A stretch of 64,000 bases of DNA, taken from IMG/VR virus record IMGVR_UViG_3300018050_002226; one strand, written 5' to 3'. Positions 37,925-50,341 of this stretch are shown piece after piece; positions within the stretch are counted from its first letter, which is position 1; each line of letters begins with the position of its first letter. Made by a program: the position numbers and the translations under genes. This DNA is from a virus (Duplodnaviria; Heunggongvirae; Uroviricota; Caudoviricetes). Under the pieces are notes generated by a model that saw only the letters and a program-made list of their open reading frames with translations, did no database searches and was not told the origin of the DNA.

Positions 37925-37949
37925 AGGGACAAAATTTGTCCCTTTTTTT
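37925..37949 (+). terminator. rho-independent terminator AGGGACAAAATTTGTCCCT + T7
   Basis: seen in sequence. Confidence 0.5.
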
Positions 37950-37962
37950 GTATTTATAATGT

Positions 37963-38976
37963 ATGAGTATTAATGATAATCTAAACAGAATACTTGATGA
38001 CTTCCTAAATAAGGAACAAGATGATGTTATATCTTATTTCGGAGATTTAGAAACTTTTTTTGATGTTCTCAAATCAAGAGGTCTTTACACAAAATTAGAC
38101 ATAGAAAGTTACGATTCTGAAGGTTGGCAAAACGATTATCTCTTGTGGTTATACGAAAATGATAAACCAAGATATTATTTTTGGGTTGGAAGATTTTTGG
38201 GAGATGTTGAAATTGACCCAAAAACGAGAAAAGCTTATTGGATTGGTGATAGGGAAGATTTAGCGGACCTTTTTTGTGGTGGTCACAGAAATGACGTATC
38301 ACAAGATACTATAAGAAAAATTCTCTCGGACGACGGAGACTGGTATGACAGTTATTGGGATACAACTGACGATTTATACAGAGACGTAATTGAGGAATTG
38401 AATTCAGAAAATATTGAACGTTTGAAAGAATACATCATCGAAAATCTCAAGGATAAACAACTTTCCCCCGAAACAGAAGAAATGGAACTAATTGCTACAG
38501 AACAAGGTCATAATGATTATTGGGAAATTAATTCAGAAGTTGTATCAAGAATAATTGACGATGAAGAATCTATGAATTCATTATTGGATGATGAACTATC
38601 TGACCTGAAATCAGAGCTATATAGTATACACTCAAATGCTTACAATTCAGCTTATGAAACTACAATTTACGATGAAATTTGGTCAGAGTTGAATGATTAT
38701 TTTGATGGACAAGGTGAATGGTTTTCCAAACCACATCCTTTCAAAGAAAATACGATGGTTCAGAAATTCAAATTACCGATAAGAGATTTAGAAGGGGTTG
38801 TGAACGAATATTTATATAATAATAAAGGTTTTTATAGAGGTACTTTGGAATATCAAGGAGCTTTACTGACCATAATCAGAGAAGACCATGATTGTCTCTC
38901 GGTTAGTATTCCTGACTATCCAAATTATTCCACGGTTGATAAAAACATAAATTTGTATTTCAGAGATTATATTTGA
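37963..38976 (+). CDS. hypothetical acidic protein
   Basis: ORF track. Confidence 0.5.
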   Translation: MSINDNLNRILDDFLNKEQDDVISYFGDLETFFDVLKSRGLYTKLDIESYDSEGWQNDYLLWLYENDKPRYYFWVGRFLGDVEIDPKTRKAYWIGDREDLADLFCGGHRNDVSQDTIRKILSDDGDWYDSYWDTTDDLYRDVIEELNSENIERLKEYIIENLKDKQLSPETEEMELIATEQGHNDYWEINSEVVSRIIDDEESMNSLLDDELSDLKSELYSIHSNAYNSAYETTIYDEIWSELNDYFDGQGEWFSKPHPFKENTMVQKFKLPIRDLEGVVNEYLYNNKGFYRGTLEYQGALLTIIREDHDCLSVSIPDYPNYSTVDKNINLYFRDYI

Positions 38977-39746
38977 TGAAAAATTATTTGAAAGAAATAT
39001 CGAGGAGCCCTTCCAAAACCCCACCGAAGTACATAGGTAACTTACTATCTCAAATTAAATTATTTGAGGTCTATCCGAGAATATATGCCGTTGTTATTAA
39101 AGACAATAAATTGAGAGGGAGAGTGTTTATGAGGTATCAAGAGTTTTATGAATCTGACTCGGATACTTTCAGAGGGAAAGGTTTCAAGTGGACAGAGTTT
39201 GTAGATTATTACAAAAGAAAAACAAAGAATGACATCTTAACATATCATGAAGATTGGGCTGGATATAATATCCCTTGTGATTCAATTGAATCGTGTATGG
39301 CTCTAATCCCTGACATTAATTTTTACGACTTAATAATGTTCAGTATTGTTGATACAATCAAATCAAAGGTTGGAGGAGATAAGTTTTATCTTATTGGAAT
39401 TGACCAAGAAAATGGTGAGGACGCTTCTTTAATTCAACACGAACTCGCACACGGTCTGTGGTTTTCATCCCCCCAATATAAAGCAGAACAGACTATGAAT
39501 ATAGATGAACTTCCTGATTTTGTTGAGGAGCCTTTGAGAAACAAGATTGCCAAAATGGGTTATGGACCAAACGTGATAGATGATGAGATTCAAGCCTATT
39601 TATCTACAGGGATTGAAGCCCCTTTGACGAGTATAAAGGAAATAAAAAAATATGTAATAAAATTTAAAGACACATTTCAGAAGTATGCCTCCAAAATGTA
39701 TACAAAGAGCATACCTATTGATTGGAGAACTGACTTAAATGCCTAA
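38973..39746 (+). CDS. hypothetical protein with HELAH (HExxH) motif
   Basis: motif only. Confidence 0.45.
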   Translation: MMKNYLKEISRSPSKTPPKYIGNLLSQIKLFEVYPRIYAVVIKDNKLRGRVFMRYQEFYESDSDTFRGKGFKWTEFVDYYKRKTKNDILTYHEDWAGYNIPCDSIESCMALIPDINFYDLIMFSIVDTIKSKVGGDKFYLIGIDQENGEDASLIQHELAHGLWFSSPQYKAEQTMNIDELPDFVEEPLRNKIAKMGYGPNVIDDEIQAYLSTGIEAPLTSIKEIKKYVIKFKDTFQKYASKMYTKSIPIDWRTDLNA

Positions 39747-40593
39747 AATATTAAACATATTAACTTCTATTCTAACTGAAGCATCAAGGTTCAAAATGGA
39801 CCCTGAACTAAATTTCTACATTCAAGATTTAGCTGATAGATTGTGGAGTATGAGAGATAAAAAGTTTACAAGAAAAACTCTTGTTGACGGATTTCCATTT
39901 AAAACTTCTGACGGTGTTGATGGTTATGTGAAAGTAATAATCAACCCAAGACTTCCTTATTTGGGTTATATGGATACCAAACCAAAAGAATCAAGAGACC
40001 CAATGGATTTTGTAATGGAATTACAACCAAAAGAATATGTTTCGAGAAGGAACTTATACCTTACAATTTACCACGAAATGCTCCACGCAACAGACCCCAC
40101 TCAATCCACAAAGTTTAGCCCAAAATACAGCCTAACTTACGACGAGAAAAGTGATGAGAAGTATTGGGGTCATCCAATTGAATTCAGAGCAATTTCTAAT
40201 GAGTTTTTGGAGGGTTTAGAACTTGAGATGGATAGAAGAACCTTGATGTTAAAAAATCCTGAAAATAAAAAGTATTTGGTTCAAAGCTTGGATAACATTT
40301 TGAATTATTTTGCCAATGGTGAAAAACTTTCCAAACTTTCTTTGGATATTTTAAGGAGAGTTAATGATGAAGAGGTATTGGAAAACAGAATTTCCAAATC
40401 TATAAGTGATATTGCAACTGAAAATCCTGGTCTTTCGGATTTTATTTCCGCTAGAGAAGGTAATGAACCATATTATTTGACTTATGTGGAACTTATCAAA
40501 AATCACAACCCGAAAATTTGGCCGAGATTTTTGACCATGTTGTACAAATCAATTGAAGACACAAAAAATAAGATTAATATAAAAAGGGTTTAA
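39739..40593 (+). CDS. hypothetical protein with HEMLH (HExxH) motif
   Basis: motif only. Confidence 0.45.
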   Translation: MPKILNILTSILTEASRFKMDPELNFYIQDLADRLWSMRDKKFTRKTLVDGFPFKTSDGVDGYVKVIINPRLPYLGYMDTKPKESRDPMDFVMELQPKEYVSRRNLYLTIYHEMLHATDPTQSTKFSPKYSLTYDEKSDEKYWGHPIEFRAISNEFLEGLELEMDRRTLMLKNPENKKYLVQSLDNILNYFANGEKLSKLSLDILRRVNDEEVLENRISKSISDIATENPGLSDFISAREGNEPYYLTYVELIKNHNPKIWPRFLTMLYKSIEDTKNKINIKRV

Positions 40594-40611
40594 AAAAACC
40601 CTTTTTTTTTT
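40586..40611. terminator. bidirectional terminator GGGTTTAAAAAAACCC flanked by T10 / A-run between convergent genes
   Basis: seen in sequence. Confidence 0.5.
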
Positions 40612-43600
40612 ACTTAACTTTCATTTCAAGTTTTTCAAGTCTCTCCTCTTTTTCATCTAATAATAAAGACTGTTCTTTTATAGCTTGAAGACATAAAGCA
40701 ATAACTTCAGAGTATTTTACCATATAATGAGAATCTTTCTGATTCTTTTTGAATACAAGTTCAGGGAATATTTGTTGAATTTCTTGAGCGATAAATCCAA
40801 TGTCACTTACTTGAGGTCCGTGAGATTTGGTATCAATATTTTTCCACTCGAAAGATACACCTCTAAGTTTAAGAACTTTTGGTAAAACATTTTCAATCGA
40901 TTTAATGTTTTTCTTTACTCTATAATCCGAAGGTCCTGTTGCACCTTGAGCACCCTGAGCACCCTGAGGTCCCGTCCCACCTGCCGGACCTTGTGGTCCT
41001 GTAGGTCCTTTTGGACCTTGCGCACCTTGAGCTCCCGTTCCTCCTGGTGAACCTGTAGGTCCAAGTGGACCTTTTGCACCTTGTGAACCTTGAGCTCCTG
41101 TAGCTCCTGTAGGTCCTTGAGCTCCTTGACCACCCGCTGGTCCTTGAGCTCCTTGCGCACCTGTAATACCTGTTGCTCCAGCCGGTCCAACTGCACCTTG
41201 AGCTCCCTGACCACCTGTTCCACCTCCTCCCCCTTGAGCTCCTTGAGCACCTTGTCCACCAGCTGGTCCTTGTGCACCTTGAGCTCCACCTGGGCCTTGT
41301 GACCCTTGTGCTCCTTGACCACCCGCTGGTCCTTGAGCTCCTTGACCACCTTGAGGGCCTTGAGCTCCTTGAGCTCCTTGACCACCCGCAGGTCCTTGAG
41401 CTCCTTGACCACCTTGAGGACCTTGAGCTCCTTGTGCTCCCTGTCCTCCAGCCGGTCCCTGCGAACCTTGACCACCTTGTGGACCCTGAGCTCCTTGGGC
41501 ACCTTGACCTCCAGCTGGTCCTTGGGCACCTTGACCACCTGTTCCACCTATTAATCCTTGGGCGCCTTGTCCTCCAGTTGGTCCTTGTGAACCTTGTCCA
41601 CCTTGTGGACCCTGAGCTCCTTGGGCACCTTGACCTCCAGCTGGTCCTTGTGCACCTGTAGGTCCAAGGGGTCCTTTTTGACCTTGGGCACCTTGACCTC
41701 CACCAGGTCCCTGCGCACCTGTTGAACCTTGAGGCCCTTGAGCACCTTGTGCTCCTTGTCCTCCTGTTGGACCTTGAGCTCCTGTTGAACCTACAGGTCC
41801 TTGAGCACCTTGTGCTCCTTGACCTCCAGCGGCACCACCACCACCTTGGGCTCCTTGTCCACCTTGAGCTCCTTGGGTTCCTTGTCCACCTTGAGCCCCT
41901 TGACCACCTTGGGCTCCCTGTCCACCCTGTGAACCTTGAGTACCTTGACCTCCTTGAGCTCCTTGTCCACCTTGTGAACCTTGACCACCTTGAGCACCTT
42001 GAGCACCTTGAACACCACCCGGTCCTTGAGCTCCTGTTGAACCTTGAGGTCCTTGAGCACCTTGGGCTCCTTGTACACCGCCCGGTCCTTGAGCTCCTGT
42101 TGAACCTTGAGGTCCTTGAGCACCTTGGGCTCCCTGAGCACCGAGAGCTCCTTTAGCTCCAAAAGAACCCTGAGCACCTTGACCACCTTGGGCTCCTTGT
42201 CCTCCTTGAGCACCTTGACCACCTTGGGCTCCCTGTCCTCCTTGTGCACCCTGTCCACCTTGTCCGCCTTGGGCTCCTTGCCCTCCTTGAGCACCTTGAC
42301 CACCTTGGGCTCCTTGGGCTCCTTGTACACCGGTTGGACCTTGTGCCCCTGTGGGACCTTGAGGACCTTGACCACCTTGGGCTCCCTGTCCACCAGTAGG
42401 CCCTTGAGCACCTTGTGTACCTTGCGGTCCTTGTGTACCCTGAGCACCCTGTACACCAGCTGGACCCTGAGCACCAGTTAAACCCTGAGGACCTTGAGCA
42501 CCCTGTGCACCTGTCCCCCCTTGAGCACCTTGAGGTCCTTGAGCACCTTGTCCACCTTGAGCACCCTGTGTTCCTTGTCCACCTTGGGCACCTTGTCCCC
42601 CTACGGCACCCTGAGCACCTTGAGAACCCTGTACTCCTTTTGCACCTTGAGCACCTTGACCACCTTGAGCACCTTGACCACCTTGGGCTCCTTGGGCACC
42701 TTGTCCTCCTTGAGAACCCTGAGCTCCTTGTACCCCTTGAGCCCCTTGTCCTCCTTGAGCACCTTGACCACCCTGTGCACCCTGTCCTCCTTGAGAACCT
42801 TGAGCACCTACAGGTCCCTGTGAACCCTGACCACCTTGTGAACCTTGTCCACCTGTAGAACCCTGAGAACCTTGCCCTCCTTGAGCACCTTGTCCTCCTT
42901 GAGAACCTTGACCCCCCGTAAGACCCTGAGCACCTTGACCACCCTGTGCACCTTGACCACCCTGTGCACCTTGTCCTCCTTGGGCTCCTTGACCACCTTG
43001 GGCTCCTTGTGCTCCCTGACTTCCAGGTTGACCAATATCTCCTTGAGCTCCCTGTGCACCTTGCACTCCTTGCGCACCTTGTCCACCCTGTGCACCTTGT
43101 AGACCGGTTATTCCCTGAGAACCTTGAGCTCCTTGGGCACCCGTTCCTCCTTGAGAGCCTTGTCCCCCAACCGCGCCTTGTGCTCCCTGTGCTCCTTGTA
43201 CTCCTTGAGCACCTACCGCTCCTTGAGAACCTTGAGCTCCTTGTGACCCTTGGCCTCCTTGCGCACCTTGTCCTCCAATATTTCCCTGGGCACCTTGGTC
43301 TCCTTGAGCACCTTGTGCACCTTGTGAACCCTGAGCGAGTTTGTTTCCTAACCAACCTGTAGAATTAATTAATGGGCTTAGAGCATTATTACTTAATGAA
43401 TTTTCCAAGTAAATTGGAAAATCTGACCTTAATATATTTCCAGATGTGTGAATACTTAAATAAGCAGTACCTGCAGCATTATTATATGGTACAAATTTCA
43501 GAACCCCACCTTCCAATACCCAGTTCACAAATGTATCTGCACTACTTACAAGTTGCATTAAAGATAGTGAAGGAGCAACAATAATGTTTTCAGCAGTCCC

Positions 43601-43786
43601 ATTATTATCGCAATCTACAGAAGTTGTGGTTACATTAGTAAATGTTGCAGTGTCTTTTATACAAGGAGTATAAAGTGAAACCCCTTGATTAACATTACTA
43701 CTTACTGCGGTTAAAGATGCACAGAGTTCTCCACTCCATGAACCACCTCCTGTACCACCAACTACTTTATATATCTTACAAGCCAT
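40610..43786 (-). CDS. tail fibre/spike protein A: N-terminal domain, ~800-aa collagen-like G-X-Y tract, C-terminal intramolecular chaperone (peptidase S74-like) domain
   Basis: C-terminus [10 protein letters not shown]...LRGVSFEWK...[16 protein letters not shown] matches the endosialidase chaperone domain pattern. Confidence 0.8.
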   Translation of the reverse strand: MACKIYKVVGGTGGGSWSGELCASLTAVSSNVNQGVSLYTPCIKDTATFTNVTTTSVDCDNNGTAENIIVAPSLSLMQLVSSADTFVNWVLEGGVLKFVPYNNAAGTAYLSIHTSGNILRSDFPIYLENSLSNNALSPLINSTGWLGNKLAQGSQGAQGAQGDQGAQGNIGGQGAQGGQGSQGAQGSQGAVGAQGVQGAQGAQGAVGGQGSQGGTGAQGAQGSQGITGLQGAQGGQGAQGVQGAQGAQGDIGQPGSQGAQGAQGGQGAQGGQGAQGGQGAQGGQGAQGLTGGQGSQGGQGAQGGQGSQGSTGGQGSQGGQGSQGPVGAQGSQGGQGAQGGQGAQGGQGAQGVQGAQGSQGGQGAQGAQGGQGAQGGQGAQGAKGVQGSQGAQGAVGGQGAQGGQGTQGAQGGQGAQGPQGAQGGTGAQGAQGPQGLTGAQGPAGVQGAQGTQGPQGTQGAQGPTGGQGAQGGQGPQGPTGAQGPTGVQGAQGAQGGQGAQGGQGAQGGQGGQGAQGGQGAQGGQGAQGGQGAQGGQGAQGSFGAKGALGAQGAQGAQGPQGSTGAQGPGGVQGAQGAQGPQGSTGAQGPGGVQGAQGAQGGQGSQGGQGAQGGQGTQGSQGGQGAQGGQGAQGGQGTQGAQGGQGAQGGGGAAGGQGAQGAQGPVGSTGAQGPTGGQGAQGAQGPQGSTGAQGPGGGQGAQGQKGPLGPTGAQGPAGGQGAQGAQGPQGGQGSQGPTGGQGAQGLIGGTGGQGAQGPAGGQGAQGAQGPQGGQGSQGPAGGQGAQGAQGPQGGQGAQGPAGGQGAQGAQGPQGGQGAQGPAGGQGAQGSQGPGGAQGAQGPAGGQGAQGAQGGGGGTGGQGAQGAVGPAGATGITGAQGAQGPAGGQGAQGPTGATGAQGSQGAKGPLGPTGSPGGTGAQGAQGPKGPTGPQGPAGGTGPQGAQGAQGATGPSDYRVKKNIKSIENVLPKVLKLRGVSFEWKNIDTKSHGPQVSDIGFIAQEIQQIFPELVFKKNQKDSHYMVKYSEVIALCLQAIKEQSLLLDEKEERLEKLEMKVK
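40931..43330. repeat. GXY-coding low-complexity repeat (collagen-like tract of fibre A)
   Basis: CCTTGAGCACC-type 9-bp periodicity. Confidence 0.8.
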
Positions 43787-43787
43787 C

Positions 43788-46700
43788 TTATGTTAATGTT
43801 TCAGTCAACTTATTTATCCTCTCATAAATAGAGTCAATACGTTTTTGATTTATTTTGAGATTTGCAAGTCCCAAACTAACAAGAGGTCCGTAGTGCATAC
43901 TTTTATAACCCTCATCATCTGTATCTACTACCTCAGGTATAATCTTCTCCACATCTTGAGCAATGAAACCGAAAGTAGTACCTGTGAAAGCTTCTTTGAA
44001 AACAATTGCTGGGTGTTCTTTGATTTTCCTGTGTTCTGTATCCCACTCAAATGATACACTTTCAATTGTTTTAATTTTTTTCTCAGGTTCTCTCAGCGGA
44101 ATAATATTATCCTTCAATCGGATGTCAGAAGATGGACCTTGAGCACCTTGTGCTCCCTGACCACCTGTTGGTCCCTGTGGACCTGTAGGACCTGTTGAAC
44201 CTCCAGCACCTTGAGCACCTTGAGCTCCCGTAGGTCCTTGTGGGCCAGTTGGTCCTGTTGCACCTGCTAATCCAGTCGCTCCGGGTTGACCCGAGGGTCC
44301 TACTGGTCCCGGAGCACCCGCGGTTCCACTTGCGGCACCTTGAGCACCCTGAGCGCCTTGGGGTCCTGTTGGACCAGGTCCTGACCCTTGTGAGCCCTGA
44401 GCTCCAGTAGGTCCTTGTGGTCCCGTACCACCTGGAGCACCTTGAGCACCTTGTGGACCGGGTCCCGCGCCTTGTGCTCCTGTGGCTCCACCTGGACCCG
44501 TAGCTCCTTGTGCACCTTGAGGACCGGGTCCTGAGCCTTGCGCCCCTGTATTTCCTGTTGGCCCTGTGGCTCCTTGTGCTCCTTGAGGACCAGGTCCTGA
44601 CCCTTGCGCACCTGTATTTCCTGTTGGCCCTGTGGCTCCTTGTGCTCCTTGAGGACCAGGTCCTGACCCTTGTGCTCCTGTATTTCCTGTGGGTCCTGGA
44701 GCACCTTGCGCTCCTTGGTTTGCTCCCTGAGAACCTTGGGCACCTTGAGCTCCTGTGGGTCCTGTTGCTCCTTGAGCTCCTGTGTTTGCACCCTGAGAAC
44801 CTTGAGCCCCTGTTGGCCCTGTTGGTCCTGTCGCACCCTGAGCACCTTGGTTCGCACCTTGAGAACCCTGAGCTCCCTGATTACCCTGAACACCTATGGC
44901 ACCTTGAGCTCCTGTGTTTGCACCCTGAGAACCTTGAGCACCTGTTGGCCCTGTTGGTCCTGTCGCACCTTGAGCACCTTGGTTCGCACCCTGCGAACCC
45001 TGTGCTCCTTGAGCTCCCGTATTTCCAGTTGCTCCCTGAGCACCTTGTGTTGAACTTGCTGAACCCTGAGCTCCTTGAGCTCCTGTTTTTCCTGTTGCAC
45101 CTTGAGCACCTGTTGTACCCCCTTGAGCTCCTGTGTTACCTTGAGCTCCCTGTGGACCCGTGGCTCCTTGTGCACCTGTATTTCCTCCTTGTGCTCCCTG
45201 AGAGCCTTGTGCACCTGTTTTTCCTGTCGCACCCTGAGCACCTGTATTAGCTCCTTGGGTTCCTTGAGCTCCCTGAGCACCTGTGGGTCCTGTGGCTCCT
45301 TGTGCTCCAGTGTTAGCACCTTGTGTACCTTGAGCTCCTTGAGCACCTGTAGGTCCTGTCGCACCCTGAGACCCTTGAGTTGCGCTAGCTGCTCCTTGAA
45401 ACCCTTGGGCACCTTGAGCTCCAGTACTCCCTTGAGCACCTGTTGTCGCACCCTGAGCTCCTGTATTTCCTTGAGCTCCTGTTGGTCCTTGAGCACCTGT
45501 TGGTCCTTGAACTCCACCTTTAGCCCCTTGCGAACCTTGAGCACCCGTATTACCTGTCGCACCTTGTGCACCCGCGTTTGCACCCTGAGTACCTTGAGCA
45601 CCTTGAGCACCTGTAGGTCCTGTAGGTCCTTGAGCTCCTTGATTTGCTCCCTGAGTACCTTGAGCACCCTGAGCACCTGTAGGTCCTGTAGCTCCTTGTG
45701 CACCTGTATTTGCACCTTGAGTACCTTGAGCACCTTGAGCACCTGTGGGTCCTGTAGCACCTTGCGCTCCCGTTGTTCCACCTTGAGCACCTTGTGAACC
45801 TTGAGCACCAGAAACTCCAAGGTCTCCTTGAGCACCTGTAGTTCCACCTTGCGCACCTTGACTCCCGACGGCTCCTTGAGCACCTTGGGCACCTTGTGAA
45901 CCCTGAACCCCACTTTGAGCACCTTGTGAACCTTGGGCACCCTGCTTTCCTGTTGCACCTTGTGCACCTGTCGGAGTACCTTGAGCTCCCTGAGCACCCT
46001 GCTTTCCTTGAGCACCTGTATTTCCTTGCGCCCCAACAGGACTACCTTGAGCACCTATGTTTCCTTGAGCACCTTGAGCACCTGTATTTCCTTGAGCTCC
46101 TGTGTTTGCTCCTTGTGCCCCCTGAGAGCCTTGAGCACCTTGAGCACCTGTATTACCTTGTGCACCGGTGTTCGCACCTTGTGCTCCTTGAGAGCCCTGA
46201 GCACCCTGAGCTCCTGTGTTACCTTGGGCACCTGTGGTTGCGCCTTGAGCACCTTGAGAACCCTGAGCACCTGTATTTCCTGTTGCACCTTGAGCACCTT
46301 GTTTAGCTCCTTGAGCTCCCTGAGCACCTTGAGCTCCTTGAGCTCCTTGTTTACCTTGTGCTCCAACTGTTGCACCTTGGTCCCCTTGAGCCCCCTGTGC
46401 TCCTTGATTTCCAACGGCTCCTTGAGCTCCTTGTGTTCCTCCTTGAGCTCCCTGAGTTCCTTGGGCACCTTGAGCACCTGTGGCACCAGTAGGACCTGAA
46501 ACCGCACTGGCTGTTCCCTTAGCACCCGTCGCACCTTGAGCTCCTGTATCACCCTGAGCACCTGTGTTTGCTCCTTGAGTACCTTGAGCACCTTGTTTAC
46601 CTGTAGCACCTTGTGCTCCTTGAGCACCTTGAGCTCCCGCAATACCTGCTGTAGGTCCAGTCCAAACTCCCGAAACATTAATCATTTGAGTTGGACCCAC

Positions 46701-46907
46701 ATATAATCCTGAATTATTTATAGTTAATCCTGAAGTTCTTATACCTTGAGGACCAATCATTAATCCTTGCGTGAATGTTCCCGCAGAAAAATTTAAAGTT
46801 CTTGCCGTTACAAAAAAAGCAACTTGATTGCTTCCATCATCCCAATAAAACCAAGGTCTACTATCGTAAGCATTACCCTGAGGAAATATCTTTAGTTCGT
46901 TCGGCAT
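43788..46907 (-). CDS. tail fibre/spike protein B: collagen-like tract ~840 aa + C-terminal S74-like chaperone domain
   Basis: C-terminus [13 protein letters not shown]...SVSFEWD...[16 protein letters not shown]. Confidence 0.8.
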   Translation of the reverse strand: MPNELKIFPQGNAYDSRPWFYWDDGSNQVAFFVTARTLNFSAGTFTQGLMIGPQGIRTSGLTINNSGLYVGPTQMINVSGVWTGPTAGIAGAQGAQGAQGATGKQGAQGTQGANTGAQGDTGAQGATGAKGTASAVSGPTGATGAQGAQGTQGAQGGTQGAQGAVGNQGAQGAQGDQGATVGAQGKQGAQGAQGAQGAQGAKQGAQGATGNTGAQGSQGAQGATTGAQGNTGAQGAQGSQGAQGANTGAQGNTGAQGAQGSQGAQGANTGAQGNTGAQGAQGNIGAQGSPVGAQGNTGAQGKQGAQGAQGTPTGAQGATGKQGAQGSQGAQSGVQGSQGAQGAQGAVGSQGAQGGTTGAQGDLGVSGAQGSQGAQGGTTGAQGATGPTGAQGAQGTQGANTGAQGATGPTGAQGAQGTQGANQGAQGPTGPTGAQGAQGTQGANAGAQGATGNTGAQGSQGAKGGVQGPTGAQGPTGAQGNTGAQGATTGAQGSTGAQGAQGFQGAASATQGSQGATGPTGAQGAQGTQGANTGAQGATGPTGAQGAQGTQGANTGAQGATGKTGAQGSQGAQGGNTGAQGATGPQGAQGNTGAQGGTTGAQGATGKTGAQGAQGSASSTQGAQGATGNTGAQGAQGSQGANQGAQGATGPTGPTGAQGSQGANTGAQGAIGVQGNQGAQGSQGANQGAQGATGPTGPTGAQGSQGANTGAQGATGPTGAQGAQGSQGANQGAQGAPGPTGNTGAQGSGPGPQGAQGATGPTGNTGAQGSGPGPQGAQGATGPTGNTGAQGSGPGPQGAQGATGPGGATGAQGAGPGPQGAQGAPGGTGPQGPTGAQGSQGSGPGPTGPQGAQGAQGAASGTAGAPGPVGPSGQPGATGLAGATGPTGPQGPTGAQGAQGAGGSTGPTGPQGPTGGQGAQGAQGPSSDIRLKDNIIPLREPEKKIKTIESVSFEWDTEHRKIKEHPAIVFKEAFTGTTFGFIAQDVEKIIPEVVDTDDEGYKSMHYGPLVSLGLANLKINQKRIDSIYERINKLTETLT
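44133..46658. repeat. GXY-coding repeat (fibre B)
   Basis: as above. Confidence 0.8.
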
Positions 46908-49900
46908 CAGCTAATACTTTTTTCTAATTCATCAAGTTTATTATTAATATCTTCTATAAATAATTGATGTTCTTTAATTCCTTCAACTATCACGGCATTT
47001 AATTTTGTATAATCTATAAAATAATACCCGTCAGGTCCCATTTTAACCACTTGTGGGAAATGTAACCTTACGTTCTGTGCAATAAGACCTATTTGGTGAA
47101 GTTTTTTATTTTTTTCAAATATGTCATATTTTTCTTTACCTATATTTTCATTCCAATCATACTCAACAGTCTCGATTTCTATAATTTTATCCATTACCCC
47201 CTCTAAGGTCTCTATACTTTGTTTTAAATTTACGTCCGAATACGCACAGGTTTGATTGAAGGTTCCGTTACCACATGTTGCATTCAGAGTATAACACTGA
47301 TTAGCAGCGGTTTTTTCGTATTGATAAAGGTTACCGAAATCACAGCTTGAATTCGTACAGTTGGTATAATTGAAATATTTGTTGTCTGATGGTGAATATG
47401 TCCCACTTTGTGTGTAGATTGGACCTACAGTAAAAGTTTGTATACATACTGAAGTACAACTCGCACCCCTTCCTCCTCTCAAAATTGGATAATAGGCATA
47501 ACATGTTACACTTCCTGGTCCCGTTGCACCCTGAGCACCTTGTGAACCTGTAGCCCCCGTTGGACCTTGTGGTCCTGTAGGACCAGTCACACCAGTAGCT
47601 CCTTGAGCACCTTGACTACCTGTTGGACCAGTAGGACCAGTTCCTCCAGCGGGACCCTGAGGTCCTGTAGGACCTTGTGCACCTTGTCCCCCCTGTGGTC
47701 CAAGGGGACCGTTAGAACCTGGAGCCCCTGTGGCACCTACAGGACCTATTGGTCCTTTTGTTCCTGTTGCCCCTTGAGCACCTTGACCTCCTGTTGGTCC
47801 AGTTGGTCCAGTGGGACCAGTTGCACCTGTAGCACCCGTTGCACCTGCGGCACCTTGTGGTCCTGTAGGACCTTGTGGACCTGTTGCACCCGTTGCTCCT
47901 TTGGTTCCAGCAGCACCTTGTGGTCCTGTAGGACCTTGTGGTCCTGTCGCTCCTCCCGCACCGATAGGTCCAGTTGCACCTTGTGGTCCTGTAGGACCTG
48001 TTGGACCTACATTACCTGTGGCACCGATAGGTCCAGTTGCACCTTGTGGACCTGTTGGTCCTGTTGGACCTGTGTTTCCTGTTGGACCAAGAGCTCCGGT
48101 TGCACCTCCAGCACCTTGAGGGCCAATAGACCCTTTAGCACCTTGAGCTCCAGAATGACCGGTGGCACCTTGCGGACCAGTTGGTCCGGTTGGACCTGTG
48201 GCACCTTGAGCTCCCGGGTGTCCCGTTGCTCCTTGAAATCCTGTAGGTCCTGCGGGTCCTAATGCACCTTGTGCACCAGGATGACCCGTGGCACCTTGAG
48301 CACCTTGTCCACCTGTTGGTCCGAGAGCTCCTTGAGCGCCAGGATGTCCAGTTGCTCCTTGAGCTCCTTGTGGACCCGTAGGTCCAATGTTTCCTGTCGG
48401 TCCAAACGCACCTTGGGCACCTGTTGACCCTTGAGCACCTGCTGTTCCTGTGGCCCCTTGTGGTCCTACGGCACCTACATTACCAGTAGCACCTGCTGGA
48501 CCTGTTGGTCCAGTTGCCCCTTGTGGTCCTAAAGCCCCTTGAGCACCTGTACTACCTTGAGGTCCGGCTGGACCTGTTGCTCCTTGTGCACCTGGATGAC
48601 CCGTTCCTCCCTGAGCACCTTGTCCTCCTGTTGGTCCGAGTGCTCCTTGAGCGCCAGGATGTCCAGTTGCTCCCTGAGCTCCTTGTACACCTGTGGGTCC
48701 AGTGTTTCCTTGTGGTCCAATGGTTCCTTGAGCACCAGTTGCACCTTGTGCACCTTCGTTTCCTGTTGCCCCCTGTGGACCTACCGCCCCAACACTTCCT
48801 GTTGCACCCTGTGAACCGGTTGCTCCTTGATTTCCGAATGGTCCAGCAAGACCCTGAGCACCTGTACTTCCCTGTGAACCTACAGGACCTACGGAGCCTT
48901 GTGCACCAGGATGTCCTGTCCCACCTTGTGCCCCTTGTGGACCTGTTGGTCCTATTGCTCCTTGTGCACCAGGGTGTCCTGTCGCGCCTTGAGCTCCCTG
49001 TGGACCTGTTGGTCCTAAAGCGCCTTGTGCACCAGGATGTCCTGTCCCACCTTGTGCCCCTTGTGGACCTGTCGGTCCTGTCGCTCCTTGTGGGCCAACC
49101 GCTCCTTGAGCACCAACTTTTCCCTGAATACCTTGAATACCTTGAGCACCTTGTGGTCCCAAATTACCTTGAGCCCCTGTGGCTCCTTGCGCACCAGTAT
49201 CTCCAGTGGCCCCTTGTGGACCAACAGCACCCTGTGCACCTGTATCTCCTTGAGCTCCTGTCGGGCCTGCAGCTCCCTGTGCTCCGGTGTTACCTTGTGC
49301 ACCCGTTGGGCCTTGAGCACCTTGTGGACCTGTGGCACCTTGTGCCCCTGTGAGTCCTTGAGCACCTGTGTTTCCTTGAGCTCCTGTCGGACCTGTGGCA
49401 CCTTGTGCTCCAGTATGCCCTTGGGCGCCTGTGTTTCCTTGGGCTCCTGTTGGGCCAGTGGCACCTTGGGCACCTGTGTTTCCTTGGGCACCTGTGTTTC
49501 CTTGTGCTCCAGTCGGACCTGTGGCACCTTGTGGACCAACATTTCCCTGTGCACCCGTACTTCCTTGTGAACCAACAGGTCCAACAGCACCTTGTGCACC
49601 AGTGTGTCCCTGTGCACCTGTATTTCCTTGAGCACCAATTGGTCCTTGTGCACCTTGTGGTCCCACTGGTCCTTGTGCACCTGTATCTCCAAAAGGCCCT
49701 TTAACACCTTGAGCCCCTTGAGGTCCAACATTCCCCTGAGCACCTGTATTACCCTGAGCCCCTTGAGTACCTTGGGCACCTTGAGGTCCTATACTACCTT
49801 GGGCACCTTGTCCACCCTGTGCACCGTTTGTACCAATGGAACCTTGAGCCCCCGTATTACCCTGAGCCCCTTGGGTTCCTTGTGTACCTTGATTTCCTTT

Positions 49901-50236
49901 TGGTCCCTGCGCTCCCGCAATACCAGCTTGAGAACCAATCCAATTTGCGGTGTCGTTGATTACTTGAGTTGAACCAACAGTAAGATTATTTATTACGTTT
50001 ATTGAAGTTGCAGTAAGTGTTCCTAAATAAGCATTCAGAGTTAAAATGTTCGGTGAAGTACTAGCAGAAAAATTTATAACCTGACCCCAAATTGCAGGTC
50101 CACCTCCAACGGTGTAATCATAAATCCTCATTCTAAGTGGTGCATCAGAAGCCTCGTTAATAAAATCAATAAAAGGTATTCTATCAACTGTTCTTGAAAT
50201 ACTATTACTCGGTCTTATAAAAATGTTTTCACCCAT
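46907..50236 (-). CDS. tail fibre/spike protein C: collagen-like tract ~800 aa, Cys-rich domain, C-terminal S74-like chaperone domain
   Basis: C-terminus [13 protein letters not shown]...VEYDWNE...[16 protein letters not shown]. Confidence 0.8.
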   Translation of the reverse strand: MGENIFIRPSNSISRTVDRIPFIDFINEASDAPLRMRIYDYTVGGGPAIWGQVINFSASTSPNILTLNAYLGTLTATSINVINNLTVGSTQVINDTANWIGSQAGIAGAQGPKGNQGTQGTQGAQGNTGAQGSIGTNGAQGGQGAQGSIGPQGAQGTQGAQGNTGAQGNVGPQGAQGVKGPFGDTGAQGPVGPQGAQGPIGAQGNTGAQGHTGAQGAVGPVGSQGSTGAQGNVGPQGATGPTGAQGNTGAQGNTGAQGATGPTGAQGNTGAQGHTGAQGATGPTGAQGNTGAQGLTGAQGATGPQGAQGPTGAQGNTGAQGAAGPTGAQGDTGAQGAVGPQGATGDTGAQGATGAQGNLGPQGAQGIQGIQGKVGAQGAVGPQGATGPTGPQGAQGGTGHPGAQGALGPTGPQGAQGATGHPGAQGAIGPTGPQGAQGGTGHPGAQGSVGPVGSQGSTGAQGLAGPFGNQGATGSQGATGSVGAVGPQGATGNEGAQGATGAQGTIGPQGNTGPTGVQGAQGATGHPGAQGALGPTGGQGAQGGTGHPGAQGATGPAGPQGSTGAQGALGPQGATGPTGPAGATGNVGAVGPQGATGTAGAQGSTGAQGAFGPTGNIGPTGPQGAQGATGHPGAQGALGPTGGQGAQGATGHPGAQGALGPAGPTGFQGATGHPGAQGATGPTGPTGPQGATGHSGAQGAKGSIGPQGAGGATGALGPTGNTGPTGPTGPQGATGPIGATGNVGPTGPTGPQGATGPIGAGGATGPQGPTGPQGAAGTKGATGATGPQGPTGPQGAAGATGATGATGPTGPTGPTGGQGAQGATGTKGPIGPVGATGAPGSNGPLGPQGGQGAQGPTGPQGPAGGTGPTGPTGSQGAQGATGVTGPTGPQGPTGATGSQGAQGATGPGSVTCYAYYPILRGGRGASCTSVCIQTFTVGPIYTQSGTYSPSDNKYFNYTNCTNSSCDFGNLYQYEKTAANQCYTLNATCGNGTFNQTCAYSDVNLKQSIETLEGVMDKIIEIETVEYDWNENIGKEKYDIFEKNKKLHQIGLIAQNVRLHFPQVVKMGPDGYYFIDYTKLNAVIVEGIKEHQLFIEDINNKLDELEKSIS
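47513..49936. repeat. GXY-coding repeat (fibre C)
   Basis: as above. Confidence 0.8.
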
Positions 50237-50341
50237 CTATTTCTGTATACTTGAATAAATATTTTAAATTGGATTTATCTTGTCATTATTTTTGAATATA
50301 ATTCCGAGACATAAAAAATCTCAATTAATAAATATAACGAA

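Noticed and set aside
40931-49936. Considered whether the periodic repeats could be a CRISPR array or satellite
   Set aside because: There is no repeat-spacer architecture. The periodicity is 9 bp and sits in-frame within long ORFs encoding G-X-Y.
40915-50236. Dozens of ORFs in alternative frames or on the opposite strand inside the three fibre genes, with low-complexity translations (KVLKVLKEL..., [10 protein letters not shown]..., HLEHLEHL...)
   Set aside because: They are reading-frame artefacts of the 9-bp periodic GXY-coding repeat. Only the long minus-strand frames have proper N- and C-terminal domains.
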